Source of the DNA: Sulfurimonadaceae bacterium
GTDB lineage: Bacteria; Campylobacterota; Campylobacteria; Campylobacterales; Sulfurimonadaceae
Assembly: GCA_041562555.1 (NCBI GenBank)
Contig: JBFEXS010000016.1
Span: 1 to 28,973, forward strand
Length of the DNA: 28,973 nt
Reading direction: 5' to 3'
The notes under the pieces are model-generated. The model was not told where the DNA came from and ran no database searches. It saw only the letters and a program-made list of their open reading frames with translations. Positions 26,178 through 28,973 of this stretch are shown in pieces (position 1 is the stretch's first letter; every line of letters starts with the position of its first letter). The translations under genes were made by a program, and so were the position numbers.

Positions 26178-27530
26178 ATGAGCCGTGTCTTACTGGTCGA
26201 AGATAGCCAAATGCTCTGTAAGATCATGTCCGAACTCATCACAAAGTACACCTCCTTTGACTTTGATATTGCCAACAGCTATCATGAGACAGAACTGCTG
26301 CTTCAAAAACATCATTATGACTTTTGTATTGTCGATCTGCATCTTCCCGATGCGAATGATGGCCAGATCGTACCTCTAGTCAACAGGCATGGTCTCTCAC
26401 CTATTATCTTTACTTCTGACATCAGCGAAGAACTCAGAGATGCCTTTGAATCATCGAATATAGTCGATTATGTCCTAAAGGAGCGTTATGACAATATCAT
26501 CTATGTCGTTGAAAAACTGCTGCAGCTGGAAGCAAACCGGCATAAGAAGATCCTTGTCGTTGAAGACTCCCTCACCTATAGACATTATCTCAAGAGCAAT
26601 CTGGCCATTCACCAATTTATCATCCTTGAGGCAGCCAATGGTGAGGTTGCGCTAAAAGTCCTGGAAGAACATCCCGATGTTGAACTTGTCTTGACTGATT
26701 ATTATATGCCGGTGATGGATGGACTGGAACTGACACGGCATATCCGAAAACGCTTCAGTAAAAAAGACATGTCGATCATCGTACTGACGGCTGAGACCAA
26801 ATCCATGATTACAAGTAAGTTCCTAAAAGAGGGTGCAAATGATTATATCACCAAGCCTTTCTCACGGGATGAGTTTTATGCCCGGATCTACCAGAATATA
26901 GATAATCTGAATATCTTCAATCAGATCAAAGAGCTATTTGAATGTGATATTATCAATATCTTGTGTGAAGTGACGGAATATAAAAGTGCTGAGACAGGCT
27001 CTCATATCAAACGCATCAAAGAATATACGAGTCTACTATCCTCTCTTTTGGGTACCTTCAAAGAGGAAGCGGAGATCATTGGGAAGATGGCTGCTTTGCA
27101 TGATATCGGAAAGATCGCTATCCCTGACTCTATCCTTGCGAAGCCTGGAAAACTCACCTTTGAAGAGTTTGAGATCATGAAAGAGCATGCAGCCCATGGG
27201 AAACATATATTGGAAGATGCCTTTAAATCGGATCCGAAACTTGGACAGATCGCCATCGACATTGCCTATTCTCACCATGAACGTTATGACGGGAATGGAT
27301 ATCCACAGGGACTTAAAGCAGAGAAAATACCTATCAACGCACGCATCGTCGCTCTTGTAGACTGTTTTGATGCTCTGTCAAATGTCCGTGTGTATAAAGA
27401 TGCCTGGAAGATGGAAGATGTCATCGACTATATCGGTTCAGAATCAGGTAAGGCCTTTGATCCAAAACTCGTTAGACTTTTTCTTAAACATCAGGATCAA
27501 TTTATACAGATCCTGCATGAAAACAGTTAG
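26178..27530 (+). CDS. Response regulator with two REC domains and an HD-GYP (cyclic di-GMP phosphodiesterase) domain
   Basis: 450 aa. REC1 (LLVEDS...IVDLHLPD), REC2 (LVVEDS...LTDYYMP...DYITKPF), HD-GYP (ETGSHIKR, LHDIGK, HHERYDGNGYP, ARIVALVDCFDAL...R.YK); AAGGAGG RBS, TATAAT at 26134-26139. Confidence 0.93.
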   Translation: MSRVLLVEDSQMLCKIMSELITKYTSFDFDIANSYHETELLLQKHHYDFCIVDLHLPDANDGQIVPLVNRHGLSPIIFTSDISEELRDAFESSNIVDYVLKERYDNIIYVVEKLLQLEANRHKKILVVEDSLTYRHYLKSNLAIHQFIILEAANGEVALKVLEEHPDVELVLTDYYMPVMDGLELTRHIRKRFSKKDMSIIVLTAETKSMITSKFLKEGANDYITKPFSRDEFYARIYQNIDNLNIFNQIKELFECDIINILCEVTEYKSAETGSHIKRIKEYTSLLSSLLGTFKEEAEIIGKMAALHDIGKIAIPDSILAKPGKLTFEEFEIMKEHAAHGKHILEDAFKSDPKLGQIAIDIAYSHHERYDGNGYPQGLKAEKIPINARIVALVDCFDALSNVRVYKDAWKMEDVIDYIGSESGKAFDPKLVRLFLKHQDQFIQILHENS

Positions 27531-27550
27531 ATACAGTCTATAATACGGTG

Positions 27551-27721
27551 ATGAAATATAGAATGACCTACAACAATAAGAATATGCATGGCTGTTCAGC
27601 CCGCGGAATCGCCGTACGGGACACGAAAGAGGAACTAGAAGCCCTGCATAAAGAACTTAAAGAATCCATCTACAATGTAAGAATCGAAGCGATAGGAAAA
27701 GATAAAGAGCCATCGAAATAG
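27551..27721 (+). CDS. Small hypothetical protein (56 aa), probably leaderless
   Basis: Below the ORF-track cutoff. Hand translation MKYRMTYNNKNMHGCSARGIAVRDTKEELEALHKELKESIYNVRIEAIGKDKEPSK*; TATAAT at 27539-27544 is 6 nt before the ATG; fills an otherwise empty 310-bp gap. Confidence 0.6.
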   Translation: MKYRMTYNNKNMHGCSARGIAVRDTKEELEALHKELKESIYNVRIEAIGKDKEPSK

Positions 27722-27843
27722 ATATTTGAATCATATTCTTTAAACTAAATTAATATAAAAAACTAAACATATCATACCCGATAATCGCAAACTCTCTTAA
27801 GTATCATTCTACAAACAATGGGCTGGTCCCTAATGGAGAAATT

Positions 27844-28347
27844 ATGAAAAAAATCGTTTTAACCCTCTTAGTTACGTTCCTCTTTATTGGCTGTGGTTCA
27901 AAAGAGTCAAGTAATCAACCCGTGGAGGCTAAACTTGTTCTTAACAAAAGCCTTTCCGATGTTACGATCAATGATCAACATGAGGTCCCACACACAATTT
28001 CAACAGATATCAAAACTGTTATCTTTGCCTTTTCAAAGGATGTTGGTCATAACTGTAATGAGTTTTTCGCGAGTAAAGCACCAAGCTATCTGCAGGAGAA
28101 CAATGCGCTGTTTGTTGCTGATGTCAGTGGAGCACCTTCACTTATCCGAAGCATGTTCATCATGCCGGGCCTAAAAGACTTCAAACACACGGTACTTGTA
28201 ATGGAGAATGCACAGACAGCTGCCGCATATAAATCAGGTCTTGAGACAGACAAAATTGTTCTTGTCTCACTTGAGAACGGTGTCATCACCGATATTAACT
28301 CTTTAGCGACGACACAGGAACTTGAAAAGACACTTCAAACAAAATAG
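27844..28347 (+). CDS. Hypothetical lipoprotein (possibly thioredoxin-like fold without CxxC)
   Basis: 167 aa. Lipobox FIGC, GGAG RBS, TINDQH..H.I and FVADVS.AP motifs. Confidence 0.75.
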   Translation: MKKIVLTLLVTFLFIGCGSKESSNQPVEAKLVLNKSLSDVTINDQHEVPHTISTDIKTVIFAFSKDVGHNCNEFFASKAPSYLQENNALFVADVSGAPSLIRSMFIMPGLKDFKHTVLVMENAQTAAAYKSGLETDKIVLVSLENGVITDINSLATTQELEKTLQTK

Positions 28348-28368
28348 ATAAAGCCTCAAGGCTTTATC
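28347..28368. terminator. Hairpin between convergent genes, probable bidirectional terminator
   Basis: Perfect inverted repeat GATAAAGCC-TCAA-GGCTTTATC. Confidence 0.65.
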
Positions 28369-28384
28369 ACCTATTTGGTAAGTT

Positions 28385-28973
28385 CTACTGTCCCAAAAGA
28401 TCCCTAAGACTCTGTTTTGGATCTTTACCTTCAAGGATAGCATGCACCTCATTGGCGATAGGAAGATAGAGTTCCTCTTTTGTCATGATCGTATGCAATG
28501 CGTAAGCCGTTCCTATCCCTTCAGCTACTTCACCCAAAGCTTCCAATATCTCCTCTTGAGAATTTCCCTTTGCCAGACCAAGCCCCACGCGAAAATTTCG
28601 TGACATCGTAGAAGAAGCAGTCAAAAAGAGGTCCCCTGCTCCACTCAGTCCGCTAAAACTCTCTTCCTTGGCACCGTATGCCATACCAAAACGTTGCATC
28701 TCTACCAGTCCCCGCGCGATCAGACTTGCTGCCGCATTTTTACCAAGCCCCAATCCCTCACATATACCTGCTGCTATCGCTATGACATTCTTATATGCAC
28801 CCGCGACCTCTGCACCGGCGACATCATCAGAGACATAGGTCTTGATAAACGAGGGAAACATAGATGCGAACGTTTGTGCAGTCTGCTCAGAATGGGAGTT
28901 GATCACCAGTGCGGTCGGCAGGCTCTGCATTACCTCTGTAGCAAATGAGGGGCCGGAAAGAAAAGAGAGGTTC
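28385..28973 (-). CDS. gpsA: NAD(P)H-dependent glycerol-3-phosphate dehydrogenase, C-terminal part; starts beyond the right edge
   Basis: LSGPSFA.EV, D..GAEVAGAYKNVIAIA.G, GLSGAGDL.LT.....SRNF..G and AEG..T motifs; frame stays open to the window edge. Confidence 0.95.
   Translation of the reverse strand, partial: NLSFLSGPSFATEVMQSLPTALVINSHSEQTAQTFASMFPSFIKTYVSDDVAGAEVAGAYKNVIAIAAGICEGLGLGKNAAASLIARGLVEMQRFGMAYGAKEESFSGLSGAGDLFLTASSTMSRNFRVGLGLAKGNSQEEILEALGEVAEGIGTAYALHTIMTKEELYLPIANEVHAILEGKDPKQSLRDLLGQ

Noticed and set aside
27756..27784. TAAA...CCCGATAA sigma28-like motif upstream of the 167-aa lipoprotein
   Set aside because: Spacing is imperfect, the region is very AT-rich, and a sigma70-like TATCAT lies closer to the gene.
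1..28973. tRNA/rRNA, CRISPR arrays, IS elements, prophage genes and phase-variable poly-G/C tracts
   Set aside because: None seen by eye. Intergenic gaps are short, with no repeat-spacer arrays, transposase or integrase motifs, or long G/C homopolymers.

Overview
A 29-kb, gene-dense chromosomal window, probably from a flagellated Campylobacterota (Sulfurimonas/Sulfuricurvum-like). This placement is inferred from the CcsBA fusion, the cheX-fliN-fliO block, the TSUP-uvrA linkage and gnTAnAAT promoters lacking clear -35 boxes. The housekeeping backbone is ccsBA (partial), polA, uvrA, cheX-fliN-fliO, dusB, yebC and gpsA (partial). I saw no RNA genes, CRISPR arrays, transposases or integrases. Most notable is a translationally coupled three-gene kleisin-like/KITE-like/SMC operon (20214-25570, minus strand) with MksBEF/Wadjet JetABC architecture, non-canonical ABC signature and D-loop motifs, and no adjacent JetD/MksG nuclease. 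Other points of interest: an orphan substrate-binding lipoprotein coupled to a hybrid histidine kinase, a spore-photoproduct-lyase-like radical SAM enzyme with altered catalytic residues in a non-sporulating lineage, three consecutive apparently leaderless genes, an uncalled 56-aa leaderless ORF, a PagP-like small beta-barrel, and a REC-REC-HD-GYP regulator. All family assignments come from motif recognition by eye; no database searches were run.
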